Below, in pieces: positions 30,622 to 40,488 of a DNA stretch of 64,000 nt. Source of the DNA: a virus; the IMG/VR virus record IMGVR_UViG_3300046373_000069, positions 29,610-93,609 of that record. The stretch is one strand, 5' to 3'. The translations under genes and the position numbers were made by a program. Every line of letters begins with the position of its first letter. Positions within the stretch are counted from its first letter, which is position 1. Below the pieces are notes generated by a model. It saw only the letters and a program-made list of their open reading frames with translations. It was not told where the DNA came from and searched no databases.

Positions 30622-31305
30622 ATGCCAATGCTAATTGACATCAAAACACCTAACAACCTGCAACTGGCCTACCATCGGATTCTGTCGGTTAACATTGACT
30701 TTGATTTTGGGTTCGGAACCATTGTTGTGTGTTCTTACGCAAGTGAGGACGCCTTTTTGCAGTATAGCGACCCTTCCGGGTTTTCAAGCAAGCCTCCAAG
30801 TGCGTTTACGTGGTCGAATATCCGCATACCTGTGAGTGAGTTTCTAAGTGGAGAGGACAGTTTGTCCGACCATCTGGAATTACTCCTAGTAGCGGATACA
30901 GGCAGTCCTTTTTTTGGAGGGCAGCTTCTTGCAGATAATAGCGGCACACTACAAGCTCTGCGGGAGCGGAAGTGGACAGAGATTAAGGCAGCACGCAGGG
31001 CAGCAGAGCGAGGCAATTTCATTTTTGAGGGTGGCCTATACTACGCGGACAAAGAGCAGATTACAGGTTCCGCAACCGCTGCGTTTATGTCTAAATCGCT
31101 CGGACTCCCTTACAATGAAACGTGGACTCTTGTTGACAACACTACGCGAGACTTGAACGCAGATCAGGTGATCGCGCTAGGACTGGCGTTGCGTGCATTC
31201 GTGTCAGGTGTGTACGCAAGGGGGCGCTCTCTCCGAACAAAAATCTCGGAGGCTGAGATTATTGACGAAGTAGCTGCAATAAACTGGGAGACACCAATTG
31301 GCTAG
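30622..31305 (+). CDS. Tail fibre assembly-like protein (DUF4376-like C-terminus)
   Basis: KWTEIKAAR...WTLVDN...EVAAINW. Confidence 0.65.
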   Translation: MPMLIDIKTPNNLQLAYHRILSVNIDFDFGFGTIVVCSYASEDAFLQYSDPSGFSSKPPSAFTWSNIRIPVSEFLSGEDSLSDHLELLLVADTGSPFFGGQLLADNSGTLQALRERKWTEIKAARRAAERGNFIFEGGLYYADKEQITGSATAAFMSKSLGLPYNETWTLVDNTTRDLNADQVIALGLALRAFVSGVYARGRSLRTKISEAEIIDEVAAINWETPIG

Positions 31306-32128
31306 CACATTAAATATCGTATACAACAATGCTGCTGATAGGTGTAGCCTCACGGCAGGCTCCGAGGCAACGCCGAGGAGCAATCTCCTCACAGACAGCA
31401 AGAGCGATGTGTGGCGCGCCGCTGCTGGTACTCTCAGCACAACACTGACAGCCACTTGGAGCAGCCTTGAGCCAGTGTCTTGTGTAGCGCTCCCATTCTG
31501 TAATTTCTCCCAAACAGCAACCATGCGTGTGAGGCTCTACAGCGACGCAGCGGGCACGCTGCTAGTGTTGGACACAGGGACACTACCATGCGCTCAGGGC
31601 GTGCCTATGAGCATTTATGGCATGTCTGCGGCACAAGCTGCTAGTGCATACGCTTATGGTGGCGGGACAGTTGCTAGGCTGTTCTTCACGAAGGTGAGTG
31701 TCCAGAAGGTAGTGATTGACATCACCGACACGGCAAACTTGCAGGGGTATCTCGAAGCAGCCTTCTTGGTCATTGGAGACAGTTTCTCGACTAAGTACAA
31801 CGTCGATTACGGCCTAGAACTTACGATGGAAGATAGCTCAAAAAATTCACGCACAGATGCTGGTAATCTTGTGAGTGATGTAGGGTTCCGCTACAAAGTA
31901 GTGAAGGCGGATCTTAGTGTTATGTCTCCAAATGAGAGGGCTGCTTGGTGGAGGCTTGTTGCTTACGTTGGTACAAGTGGTCGAGTGTTCTTTAGCGTAG
32001 AGACAGGTAATACGGACAAGCAAACTGAGCTGGACTATACAGTGTATGGGAAGTTTAGCAAGGTAAGCACGGTGGCAGCTAAGAATTATCTTATTTACAG
32101 TGCACCCCTAGAGATCGAAGGAATCTGA
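31298..32128 (+). CDS. Minor tail protein
   Basis: 276 aa; SDVWR, NFSQTATMRVR, RTDAGNL motifs; tail module context. Confidence 0.55.
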   Translation: MASTLNIVYNNAADRCSLTAGSEATPRSNLLTDSKSDVWRAAAGTLSTTLTATWSSLEPVSCVALPFCNFSQTATMRVRLYSDAAGTLLVLDTGTLPCAQGVPMSIYGMSAAQAASAYAYGGGTVARLFFTKVSVQKVVIDITDTANLQGYLEAAFLVIGDSFSTKYNVDYGLELTMEDSSKNSRTDAGNLVSDVGFRYKVVKADLSVMSPNERAAWWRLVAYVGTSGRVFFSVETGNTDKQTELDYTVYGKFSKVSTVAAKNYLIYSAPLEIEGI

Positions 32129-32130
32129 GA

Positions 32131-32628
32131 ATGGACTATAAGACGCACAGGCCGAACATCAAGTCTGGTGACTTGCTTGCGTGGAGTAATAAAAAGTGGA
32201 ACTCGTGGCATAACATTAAGATTCAGCTTGTCCGCATCTTCCTGCAAACCGAGTATTCGCACGTAGGTACAGCCCTCGTGATGGGCGGTAGAGTGTGGGT
32301 GTTGGAGGCTGTGGAGCCTAGGTCTAGGATTTACCCTCTGTCGAAGCTTGGGAACTTCTTCCATATCCCTCTCCCTGCCGATTGGACACCAGAAGTAGAG
32401 GAGAAGGCACTTTCCTATATTGGTGAAGAGTATAAGCAGCTTAATGCTATTAAAGCTTTCTTCGTACCGCTGGAGAAAGAGGACGTTTCAGAATGTGCAG
32501 CTTTAGCTATCGCTATTGCTGAAAAATGCGGGCTTAATTTAGGAGTCCGTGCAACGCCAGATGAAGTTGTGGAACAAGCACAGCGTTATGGTGGCCCAAT
32601 GTATTACATTGAACAAGAGGCACGCTGA
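32131..32628 (+). CDS. Permuted papain-like NlpC/P60 protein
   Basis: KSGDLL, YSHVG, VLEA, IGEEY and ECAAL motifs. Confidence 0.7.
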   Translation: MDYKTHRPNIKSGDLLAWSNKKWNSWHNIKIQLVRIFLQTEYSHVGTALVMGGRVWVLEAVEPRSRIYPLSKLGNFFHIPLPADWTPEVEEKALSYIGEEYKQLNAIKAFFVPLEKEDVSECAALAIAIAEKCGLNLGVRATPDEVVEQAQRYGGPMYYIEQEAR

Positions 32629-33320
32629 TGTGCACTCGTGAATGTGAGTATTGCGGGGAGATTAAACCAATCGTAGGCAACTTCACCAAACTAGGTAAAA
32701 CTTGTTTTGCGTGCAAGAAGGTTAAAGCCAAGATTTACCGGGAGGCCACTAAGGAGCAAGCTAAACAGTATAGGGAAGCTAACAAGGATAAACTAAAGGC
32801 TAACGCTGCTAGGTTATACCTTGAGCGCAAAGAGCGTGATCCTGAGAAGCTTCGTCAAACTGCCAGAGACTACTACGCCCGGCACAAGGACAAAATTTCT
32901 ACCACAGCGAAGGCTCGGAAGTATCGTTGGGACCCTGTTAAGCGCGCAGAACATAAGGAGAGGAATAGCGCAAAAATCAAGGAGCGGGATAAGCAGTGGC
33001 GACAGGGTAACAAACCTCATCTTGCTGCTAAAGCTGCCGCGCGCAGGGCAAAGCAGAAACAAGCGACACCCTCTTGGGCGGACCTTGATGTTATAGAAAC
33101 CTTCTACGAGTCTGCGCATAACTTAGGTATGTTACTCGGTGAGTGGTACCACGTAGACCATATTGTACCACTAACTTCTGACATTGTATGTGGATTACAC
33201 ACGCAAGCTAATCTCCAAGTTTTGCTTGGTACAGAAAATCTTTCAAAACTTAATCGCTGGTGGCCTGATATGCCAGACCCTATTTACGAAAATAAAGGAA
33301 TGACATGGACGCCCAATTAG
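32628..33320 (+). mobile_element. HNH homing endonuclease
   Basis: CxxC pairs, basic linker, ATPSWAD, HVDHIVPL...CGLHTQANLQ...N. Confidence 0.85.
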
Positions 33321-33556
33321 TAATCAATATAGCGATAGGCCTAGTAGGTTTTCTAGGTGCGTGGGTCTTGAAAAGTATTACAGACACACTGCAAGAGATG
33401 AAAGAATCGGATCACGCCCTTCGTAACAAGGTGCAAGCAATCGAACTGCTTGTGGTTGGTGGCTACGTGAAACGCTCAGACTTCGAGAAGCTAGGTGAGG
33501 ACATCTCCAAGCGCTTCGATAAGTTTGAAGAGCGAATTTTGGCGCATCGGCCATAA
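33305..33556 (+). CDS. Small membrane protein of the lysis module (holin/antiholin-like)
   Basis: N-terminal transmembrane helix plus coiled coil; upstream of the endolysin. Confidence 0.5.
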   Translation: MDAQLVINIAIGLVGFLGAWVLKSITDTLQEMKESDHALRNKVQAIELLVVGGYVKRSDFEKLGEDISKRFDKFEERILAHRP

Positions 33557-33619
33557 CATAAACAGTAAAGAGGCCCCACTAAGAGGCCTGTTCAATTACA
33601 TTCTACTAAGGAAACGAAT

Positions 33620-34039
33620 ATGGAAATCAACAGCCGTGACATCAATGATTTGACGCCAGAGATGGCTAAGCTCTGCAAGGAGTTTGTAGCACGCTGCAAG
33701 GCAGCGGGTATTGACGTTATTATCACGTCCACGTTTAGGGACAACTCTTCTCAAGCGGCCCTTTATGCACAAGGCCGTACAACGGCTGGAAAGAAAGTGA
33801 CGAATGCTCCCGCTGGAAGCAGCTACCACAACTACCGCATAGCGTTCGACTTCTGCCCTATCGTCAATGGCAAGGCGCAGTGGAACGACATTAACCTGTT
33901 TAAGAAGTGTGGTGCGATTGCTAAAGCGCTAGGACTAGAGTACGGCGGGGACTGGACAAGCTTTAAAGACTACCCACACGTTCAAGAGCGCGGGCACACT
34001 ATCGCAGAACTCAAGAAGCAATTTCCTAATGGGCGCTGA
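33620..34039 (+). CDS. Endolysin, M15 L-Ala-D-Glu peptidase
   Basis: R...Q..LYAQGRT, SYHNY..AFD, GGDW..FKDYPHVQ. Confidence 0.92.
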   Translation: MEINSRDINDLTPEMAKLCKEFVARCKAAGIDVIITSTFRDNSSQAALYAQGRTTAGKKVTNAPAGSSYHNYRIAFDFCPIVNGKAQWNDINLFKKCGAIAKALGLEYGGDWTSFKDYPHVQERGHTIAELKKQFPNGR

Positions 34040-34271
34040 TATGACCAAATACCTAATTCCCGAATGGCGCAGCGCTTGGAAATTTGTTAGCGTCCAACTA
34101 GCAGCACTCCTCACACTTCTGCTCAGCCTTGAGCCTGTCGTCCCACAAATAACAGCGTACCTGCCACCTCACTATGCAGCCTACTTGAGCGCTGCTATCC
34201 TCGTTGCCCGTATTGTGCAGCAGGCGGTGACAGCTTCTAAAGAGGCTCATGATGTACCCAAAGATTCTTGA
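34029..34271 (+). CDS. Holin
   Basis: LIPEWRSAWKFVSVQ start, two hydrophobic helices, ARIVQQ. Confidence 0.7.
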   Translation: MGADMTKYLIPEWRSAWKFVSVQLAALLTLLLSLEPVVPQITAYLPPHYAAYLSAAILVARIVQQAVTASKEAHDVPKDS

Positions 34272-34611
34272 AACTATCATCGCTATCGGCCTAATCGTCG
34301 GGGCTTGGTTCTACGCAGGCCACCGGGCAGTTGAGCAGTACAAAACTGAGCAACTAATCGAGCAGGCTTTTGCTACGAAGGCTCAGCAGGATAAATATGA
34401 CGCTCTCGCTGCCGACTACGAAACACTTAAAACGAAGAGAGAAAGCGATGCCAAAGTTATTATTCGACAAGTTGAAAAGGCTATTGCTGGCGACGTTATT
34501 TACCGTAACGTTTGCATCTCAGATAGCGGCTTGCAGCTCGCCAACCAAGCTCTCGCAGGCAAAGGTGCCGCCAGCGCTGATGCAAAAGTGCCCAGCCCTG
34601 ACACCCCTTGA
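34249..34611 (+). CDS. Rz: Inner-membrane spanin
   Basis: N-terminal transmembrane helix, coiled coil, YRNVCISDSG. Confidence 0.8.
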   Translation: MMYPKILETIIAIGLIVGAWFYAGHRAVEQYKTEQLIEQAFATKAQQDKYDALAADYETLKTKRESDAKVIIRQVEKAIAGDVIYRNVCISDSGLQLANQALAGKGAASADAKVPSPDTP

Positions 34612-34723
34612 GGGCACCACGGGTGAGCACCTATTAAAGAACATTGTGGAGAATGCTGCGAAGTACCACTCTTGTTCTGATTCTAAAGCAGCCTTGATAG
34701 AAGCTGTACAGAGCCAACAATAA
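34448..34723 (+). CDS. Rz1: Outer-membrane lipoprotein spanin, overlapping Rz
   Basis: Signal peptide with lipobox IAAC; PPALMQKCP; different frame from Rz. Confidence 0.8.
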   Translation: MPKLLFDKLKRLLLATLFTVTFASQIAACSSPTKLSQAKVPPALMQKCPALTPLEGTTGEHLLKNIVENAAKYHSCSDSKAALIEAVQSQQ

Positions 34724-34759
34724 TCCCTTGGTAGGGAAGCCGTCGCGTGACGGATTTAA

Positions 34760-34794
34760 GCCCGGAGTCCTGTGAAGGATATCCGGGCATTTTT
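34760..34794 (+). terminator. Terminator at the convergence of the late and replication arms
   Basis: GCCCGGA...TCCGGGC stem plus ATTTTT. Confidence 0.75.
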
Positions 34795-34797
34795 ACG

Positions 34798-34995
34798 TTA
34801 GGCTTCTGTGTATCGCACGTAGGTCTGTCCGAAAGGCATATGTAGCAGCTTCAGGATTGGCCCCGCCTGCTCGAAGCCTACAGGCATCAAAGTCCCGTCT
34901 ACAGTCTGGTCATACACAGCCTCAACTTTACGTTTTTCAGTACGCTCCATATTGGGCGTATGGAATACTACAGGGATGATCGCGCCGGGAGTCAT
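34798..34995 (-). CDS. Hypothetical protein
   Basis: 65-aa ORF in the packed - strand operon. Confidence 0.55.
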   Translation of the reverse strand: MTPGAIIPVVFHTPNMERTEKRKVEAVYDQTVDGTLMPVGFEQAGPILKLLHMPFGQTYVRYTEA

Positions 34996-34996
34996 A

Positions 34997-35269
34997 TCAA
35001 TTACTCACAATTTCATCCAACACTTCAAACAAATCAGCCTGCGCCTTAGGCTCCTTCGTAGCCAGCTTATACTTCGCCTTCAAATACTTGTTCACATCCT
35101 TCTTCTCAAGCTTGGTGCTCTCCACAACAGACTCCACGACTTCCTTGAAGTCCTTCTTCAGTTCCTCAATAGCATCCAGAATACGATTCGACTCTTGCAC
35201 GTAGCCAAGGAACACCTTGCTGTCAATCGTAACGCTCACACCATTCACATCCATCGAAGTAACGCTCAT
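34997..35269 (-). CDS. Putative dsDNA-binding protein (T4 DsbA/GapR-like)
   Basis: 90-aa helical protein, I.ELKKDFKEV...KLEKKDVNK pattern; RBS AAGGA. Confidence 0.45.
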   Translation of the reverse strand: MSVTSMDVNGVSVTIDSKVFLGYVQESNRILDAIEELKKDFKEVVESVVESTKLEKKDVNKYLKAKYKLATKEPKAQADLFEVLDEIVSN

Positions 35270-35280
35270 TTGTGTTTTCC

Positions 35281-35565
35281 TTAAAAAGTAGTAGGTTGTG
35301 CAACAGCGCGGGTAAGTTTCATGAAGCCAGTTTGCAAGTCGTCTTTTGCACGCTGAAGCCATACGAAAGGCTGCACCTCCATCAATCGTGTGTGTTCAAC
35401 TGTGTCGTACTCGTATGCCTCTTCCCACTGAGCATTGAGGGCAGTATCCACGTTCTCCACGAGCTTACCTACAATAACTGCAATCGCCTTAATCTCATTC
35501 ATCAGAGCAATCTCTTCAGCCGACAAATCTCGATAGCCTTTAATCATTTTGTGTTGGTTGTCCAT
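35281..35565 (-). CDS. acb2: Anti-CBASS cyclic-nucleotide sponge Acb2
   Basis: 94 aa; MDNQHK.IKGYRDLS.EEI..MN..K and W......D.QTG.M...RA.AQP..F match the Acb2 family as recalled. Confidence 0.9.
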   Translation of the reverse strand: MDNQHKMIKGYRDLSAEEIALMNEIKAIAVIVGKLVENVDTALNAQWEEAYEYDTVEHTRLMEVQPFVWLQRAKDDLQTGFMKLTRAVAQPTTF

Positions 35566-35584
35566 ATTATCCCTTTAGTTTAAA

Positions 35585-35776
35585 TTAACGAACCATCTTC
35601 AGTTTAGCCTTCGCCAGAATCCCATTCCCAATCCAGCTCAGCACAGGAATAATAATCATAGCAAGTGCCCCTGCCAAGATAATCCCTACAGCAATCAGCG
35701 CAGTCTCGAAGATGGACAGTACGAGGGCTGCGAGGAGTATATACGCCTTGCGGCTGAATAGTTTAAGCTTGTCCAT
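35585..35776 (-). CDS. Small membrane protein
   Basis: 63 aa, long hydrophobic stretch. Confidence 0.55.
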   Translation of the reverse strand: MDKLKLFSRKAYILLAALVLSIFETALIAVGIILAGALAMIIIPVLSWIGNGILAKAKLKMVR

Positions 35777-36110
35777 TATTTTCCTTCACAAGACACATAT
35801 ATTTGTTACGGGCTTCTGCACGGCGCTCTGCGTCAAGCCCCTTGCGCTTCTTGGCCCACCAATCGTTGAGAGAGCCTTCTACCCAACGCTTCTCAGCAGC
35901 TTCCATCCACTCGGCGTCAACTAGGCGGAGGTAGCTTTGAGTGTCGTAGCTACCAACCTCCTGAACGTTAATCTTCGCAAACGTCAACTCCAGCTTGTGC
36001 ATATCGTGATTGAGTAGCAGGGTGTCGTATGTGTCAGACACAGCCACCCACTCGCCATTCAGGACAGACTCTACGAGAGCCTTTACGGGCTGTCCTACTG
36101 TATCACTCAT
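35763..36110 (-). CDS. Hypothetical protein
   Basis: RBS AAGGAG before ATG 36110; own promoter upstream. Confidence 0.6.
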   Translation of the reverse strand: MSDTVGQPVKALVESVLNGEWVAVSDTYDTLLLNHDMHKLELTFAKINVQEVGSYDTQSYLRLVDAEWMEAAEKRWVEGSLNDWWAKKRKGLDAERRAEARNKYMCLVKENNGQA

Positions 36111-36141
36111 AACCTTCTCCTTATTTAACATCCCAACAGCC

Positions 36142-36170
36142 ATCTTACAGACTGTTGGGGTTGGTGTCAA
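36142..36170 (-). promoter_or_regulatory. Sigma70 promoter driving the acb2-containing operon
   Basis: TTGACA-17 bp-TAAGAT; inverted repeat CCCAACAG/CTGTTGGG flanks the -10. Confidence 0.7.
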
Positions 36171-36176
36171 GCTTAT

Positions 36177-36719
36177 TTACATGCCGTGTCTTTCTGTATA
36201 ACCACACCCTTCTATTGACTTCGTACGAAACTCACAAGCCATTTTCAATGCAATTTCATACCCTAGGTTATCAATAGAGAAGTACTTGAATTTTTGCTTC
36301 ATGTCAACGTCACTCCATAACGCCCTCCAATACCTCCTCCCGCGCGTTTCTGTGCAGTTCACTCCGGTGACTCCGCTACGGTTATTGCTCTGTTTCATAC
36401 GGTTGCGACAATTAATTGAGTGAGTAGCAAGCCGCAAGTTCTCAATTTTGTTATTGCCTTTATTGCCATCTATGTGATCCACAAAAGTATCTTGTGGAAT
36501 ACTCCCGTTGAACATTTCCCAAATCACCCGATGAGCAACAGTTCGGTAACCCTTTACCATAACTGTGAAGTATCCAGCAGACGTCTTTCCACCTGCAACA
36601 GCACCTGCACGGTACTTCACTGTCTTACAGCCCCTACCACTATGTATGTCCACCAACCACCTCAAGCCCGTCCGAGAATTGGCATCATACACTAAGAAAT
36701 CGCTCCAGTTCACATGCAT
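36177..36719 (-). mobile_element. HNH-AP2 homing endonuclease
   Basis: AHRVIW, VDHIDGNKGNNKIENLR, NNRSGVTGV, K.FSI...G...A..MA...R, YTERHG. Confidence 0.88.
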
Positions 36720-38446
36720 GAGGAACACTCGCTACTACTGCTAACAACACCACGACTACTGTACACGTAATATAAACTCAAGATGTTCTCGTTCTGGAAA
36801 GCCTCTTGGTGGATTTCCGAGATGAGCTTCTCATCGGCGTTACCTGCGAAGAACAAATTGGTACTCTGTCCTTGGTCAATGTAACGTTGCCGTGTAGCCG
36901 CAAGACGAAGAATGTCCTTCTGGTTAATCTCAAAGGCAGTTTTGAACACCCTCTTCTCGTCATCTGTCAACCAAGTTACGTTCTGCACACTGCCTTGGCT
37001 CTGCACGGTATCCTTGATACAGGCCTCGATATCCAACCCCTTACTCTTGATGAGGGCGAGCAATGTCGGGTTGACACGATCTACTTCACCAGCAGCAGTA
37101 AGTTGTGTGAAGCTCATTGCTACGTCAGGGTTAATACCTTCACTGATACCCCCATAGATAAGAGCAGTACTCTTAGTTGGTGCAACAGCCATACGGTGCG
37201 TGAATCGTACACCATGCCCTTTACACCACTCCGGCTCGCCCAACTCTTTAGCAAGCCACTGAGAAGCCTTCAAAGACTCACTATCGATGTGCTTGAAGAT
37301 ACGGCCATTAAATAAGTGGGTGTCCATGCCACCCCATTCAAAACCGTGCTCTTGCAAGTAGGTGTGGAAGCCACCTGCCCCAAGTCCAATTGCGCGACCT
37401 TTCTCTGTCGATGCAACGGCTTTTTCCATGCCCCGAATCTTACGTGCCTGCTCAAGAAACTCCGACACTACGCAATCAAGGAATACGGTTGCAACAAATA
37501 CTGCGTCAGTGTTTTCCCACTCGTCAGCTTTAGCCAGATTCATCCACGACAGCACGCAAGTATAGGTGTGGTCAAGGTCACTGTGCAAGAAGATTTCCGA
37601 GCAAAGCTGGCTCGCCTTCACCATCAGCCCCAAATCCTTGTACATCTCAGGGCGCTGGCGATTCACCTTGTCGACAAAGAAGAAGTACCCTTTACCGAAG
37701 ATCATCTTGGCCTTCAAGGCGCGCTGGTAACGCTTGGTTGCTTCCTTGTTGCCCTTCTGGAGCTTCGAGATAAACTTGTCCGTAACGATCCAACCGATGT
37801 TCAGGTCGTCCGGTTGCTCTTCCATGTATTGCACAACTTCCCAGAAATCCCCGTGATTGATGTCGAGATAACCGGCCCAAGCCCCACGTCGAGCAGTGCC
37901 TTGAGCCACGTCACGCATATCTTGCACAAAGTGCTTAATCACTGGCAGCACACCAGATGCTTTGCCACCTGCTGCGATAGGGCTACCACGCTTACGGATA
38001 CCCGACAAGTCAGAAGCCGTACCGAAGCCCTGCTTGGTCAGGATGGCGATTTCCCGGTAGGCATTGTAGAAACCCTCAATCGAATCCTCAACAACACTGC
38101 CTGCACAGCTCACAGGACAACCACGGCTTGTTCCCATATTGGCTAGGATTGGTGTAGAGCAGGCTACGTGGCCCGACCACAACACGTTAAAGAACTTCTC
38201 TTGCCAGTAGTCCTCAGTGCTCTCGCATACATCAAAGAAACTGTCACCACTGATTGGCACCTTAGGGGCATGCTTGGCTGCTGTCTTTGAGATGCGATAA
38301 AACTGTTCGTAAGGGTTCGCAGCCTGATACAAGTACTTCTGCTGAAACATCTGGTAGCCAGCAGTGCTCATCCACTCGGGGACAGTGCCATTCAATTGAC
38401 CTTGCTTGCGCTCTTCGCTAAGTTGCTCGTAAAGGTTTTCACTCAT
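36710..38446 (-). CDS. nrdA: Ribonucleotide reductase class Ia, alpha subunit
   Basis: STPILAN, VSC, QGTARRG, ASQLCSEI, VAPTKS, IDQGQS, C-terminal CSSC. Confidence 0.92.
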   Translation of the reverse strand: MSENLYEQLSEERKQGQLNGTVPEWMSTAGYQMFQQKYLYQAANPYEQFYRISKTAAKHAPKVPISGDSFFDVCESTEDYWQEKFFNVLWSGHVACSTPILANMGTSRGCPVSCAGSVVEDSIEGFYNAYREIAILTKQGFGTASDLSGIRKRGSPIAAGGKASGVLPVIKHFVQDMRDVAQGTARRGAWAGYLDINHGDFWEVVQYMEEQPDDLNIGWIVTDKFISKLQKGNKEATKRYQRALKAKMIFGKGYFFFVDKVNRQRPEMYKDLGLMVKASQLCSEIFLHSDLDHTYTCVLSWMNLAKADEWENTDAVFVATVFLDCVVSEFLEQARKIRGMEKAVASTEKGRAIGLGAGGFHTYLQEHGFEWGGMDTHLFNGRIFKHIDSESLKASQWLAKELGEPEWCKGHGVRFTHRMAVAPTKSTALIYGGISEGINPDVAMSFTQLTAAGEVDRVNPTLLALIKSKGLDIEACIKDTVQSQGSVQNVTWLTDDEKRVFKTAFEINQKDILRLAATRQRYIDQGQSTNLFFAGNADEKLISEIHQEAFQNENILSLYYVYSSRGVVSSSSECSSCM

Positions 38447-39434
38447 CCGTAGTTGCCCATTCAAATTTTTGTTCATTCCAGCCACGCTGGTATTCTCGTC
38501 CGACGCCAGTGAAGAAATCAATCTGCTGGTAGCCTTGTGCCGATGTGTAGAACCAGCCCTCAATTGTCTCATCTTCGCACTCGAAACAAGGCTTCACGCC
38601 AAGTGCATCGAGACAGATGTTCACACGGTGAGCCACAAAGGACTTCATCTGTTTTGCCGTGATGCCTCGCAGCGGACCTTTCTCAAACAGCATATCAACA
38701 ATGCGGTGCTCATGTTCTAACAACTTCCCTGCGACAACTTCAATCTTGCCATACAATTCGTCCCATTCAATTGCCTTCAGCTTCGACTCTTTTACCACTT
38801 GTCGGAACAGTGCAGCACCTGCTTGTTGGTGTAAGCCCTCGTCAATCAGACTTTGGCTAATGCCGCGTACGGTGTTGCTGATAAGATTATTACCGTTACT
38901 CTGAAAGTTCTTAAACATAGCAAAGCTACTAAACAGAACAGCGCCTTCTAGCATACTGAACGTCGCAAGGCTCAGCAGGTCGTCTTGTCCGTCTACCACA
39001 CTATCAAGAAACTTAACACGGTCATTGAGCACAGGATCGTCAATGTAGCTGGTATAAAACTCTTCAGTGTTCAGGCCAAGCACCTCATTAAGCTTGTTGT
39101 AGAACGGTGCATGCACTGCCAGCTCCATCATACCGAACACAGATGCCATACGTTGAATCTCAGGGCGTGGGTACTGGTTCATAACACGGGTAAGCCAGTA
39201 TTCAGTGCCAACAAAGATTTCGTATTTAACGAATAGCTTAAGTGCAGTGGTGACAGCGTGCTTCTCAGCCTCAGTCATATTAACAAGCATGTCCTGCTTG
39301 TCTTTTTCCATCGCAATCTCGTTAGCAGTCCAGAAGCACTTCTCAAGCTGCGTGTCTGCAAACTCTACAAACTGCGGATAGTGGACGACATAACTATCAG
39401 TAGGCGTCTTAATTCGTGGCAGCTTTTTAGTCAT
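38439..39434 (-). CDS. nrdB: Ribonucleotide reductase class Ia, beta subunit
   Basis: FWTANEI, ELAVHA..Y, EGAVLFSSF, DEGLH, DFF...EY. Confidence 0.92.
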   Translation of the reverse strand: MTKKLPRIKTPTDSYVVHYPQFVEFADTQLEKCFWTANEIAMEKDKQDMLVNMTEAEKHAVTTALKLFVKYEIFVGTEYWLTRVMNQYPRPEIQRMASVFGMMELAVHAPFYNKLNEVLGLNTEEFYTSYIDDPVLNDRVKFLDSVVDGQDDLLSLATFSMLEGAVLFSSFAMFKNFQSNGNNLISNTVRGISQSLIDEGLHQQAGAALFRQVVKESKLKAIEWDELYGKIEVVAGKLLEHEHRIVDMLFEKGPLRGITAKQMKSFVAHRVNICLDALGVKPCFECEDETIEGWFYTSAQGYQQIDFFTGVGREYQRGWNEQKFEWATTDE

Positions 39435-39974
39435 TTACTCCCCTCGCGCCGCAACCAACAGCGTCTTAAATAATTCAATCTGACTAGACACAACATCGTA
39501 GTTATCGCTCACATCGCCATCGTATGTGTCTTCCTCTTCCCCACCTGTGTAGCCCATCTCTTTCAGCTCTTCCTCAGAGTAGTAGCGCGCGTCATCCTTC
39601 GGCGTCTTCACTTTCTGCTCAAGCTCTTCGTCATTCCGATACCCAAAGCGCTTGCCTCGAATCTCTTCCATCTCCCTAGCAAGAGATGGGTCAATCATAC
39701 CAGCAACAACAATACGGTCAGTGGTGTCTAGGAAGTTCTTAAATTTTGGGTCGGTGCTGTAACCTGCCGACAGGATGTATCCAACAGCTGGGTTCTTAGG
39801 ATCACTCATACTGCGGTGGAGGGCTACGTCATATTGAACACCTTTTCGAGTGTCCATTCCGATGGCCTCCAACACAGCGTACACTTCAGTGTCGTTAGCC
39901 GGGTTAATAATATCAAACTCGTTCTTGTAGTGCGGCAGAGCTTGGAGCAAGTCTTTAGCAGAGATGTTACGCAT
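39435..39974 (-). CDS. Hypothetical phage protein
   Basis: 179 aa with acidic C-terminus; RBS GAGGA. Confidence 0.6.
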   Translation of the reverse strand: MRNISAKDLLQALPHYKNEFDIINPANDTEVYAVLEAIGMDTRKGVQYDVALHRSMSDPKNPAVGYILSAGYSTDPKFKNFLDTTDRIVVAGMIDPSLAREMEEIRGKRFGYRNDEELEQKVKTPKDDARYYSEEELKEMGYTGGEEEDTYDGDVSDNYDVVSSQIELFKTLLVAARGE

Positions 39975-39975
39975 A

Positions 39976-40488
39976 TTAGTATTCCTCTCCAACACCAAAG
40001 AAGTCCTCTGGCACACAATCAGCAATATCGACAGTAACAAAGTTAGTAGGCTTCATAATCTTTCCATCGTGCTCGCGCTTAAACACTACTCGACCATACT
40101 GCGTAAGATGTTGCTCCGCACCTTCTGGACACAATGAAGGGTCTACGTACAAACAGTAACCTTTGCACTCAGGAAACTTGCTGAGATTGTTTTCATTCAC
40201 ACGCTTGAGAGCCTCTTGAACATTAAAACCAGCAGCTTCAAGCTTCTGCATCAGACCTGCCACGGTTACAAACAAATCACAAGCACCATCAAGCAGTTCA
40301 ACAGCATCTGGAGTGGCTTCTTCTTGCCCACAGTCACAAGCCTCATGACCCAACGCTGCGGAGGCTTCGCACAGCTCTTCGTGGATAAAGTCCAGTTGTG
40401 AGTTAATACTCTTTGGAGTAACATTGGATAGATTGCCTGCAATACTGTTAAACTTCTTTACATCGTCGTAAGCTTGTTGGATGTTCAT
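39976..40488 (-). CDS. MazG-like/PRA-PH nucleoside triphosphate pyrophosphohydrolase
   Basis: IHEELCE, ELLDGACD, V.ENNLSK, DGKIMKP. Confidence 0.8.
   Translation of the reverse strand: MNIQQAYDDVKKFNSIAGNLSNVTPKSINSQLDFIHEELCEASAALGHEACDCGQEEATPDAVELLDGACDLFVTVAGLMQKLEAAGFNVQEALKRVNENNLSKFPECKGYCLYVDPSLCPEGAEQHLTQYGRVVFKREHDGKIMKPTNFVTVDIADCVPEDFFGVGEEY

Noticed and set aside
27660-31305. Diversity-generating retroelement or invertible tail-fibre switch
   Set aside because: No reverse transcriptase, recombinase or near-identical DNA repeat pair; the fibre repeats are diverged
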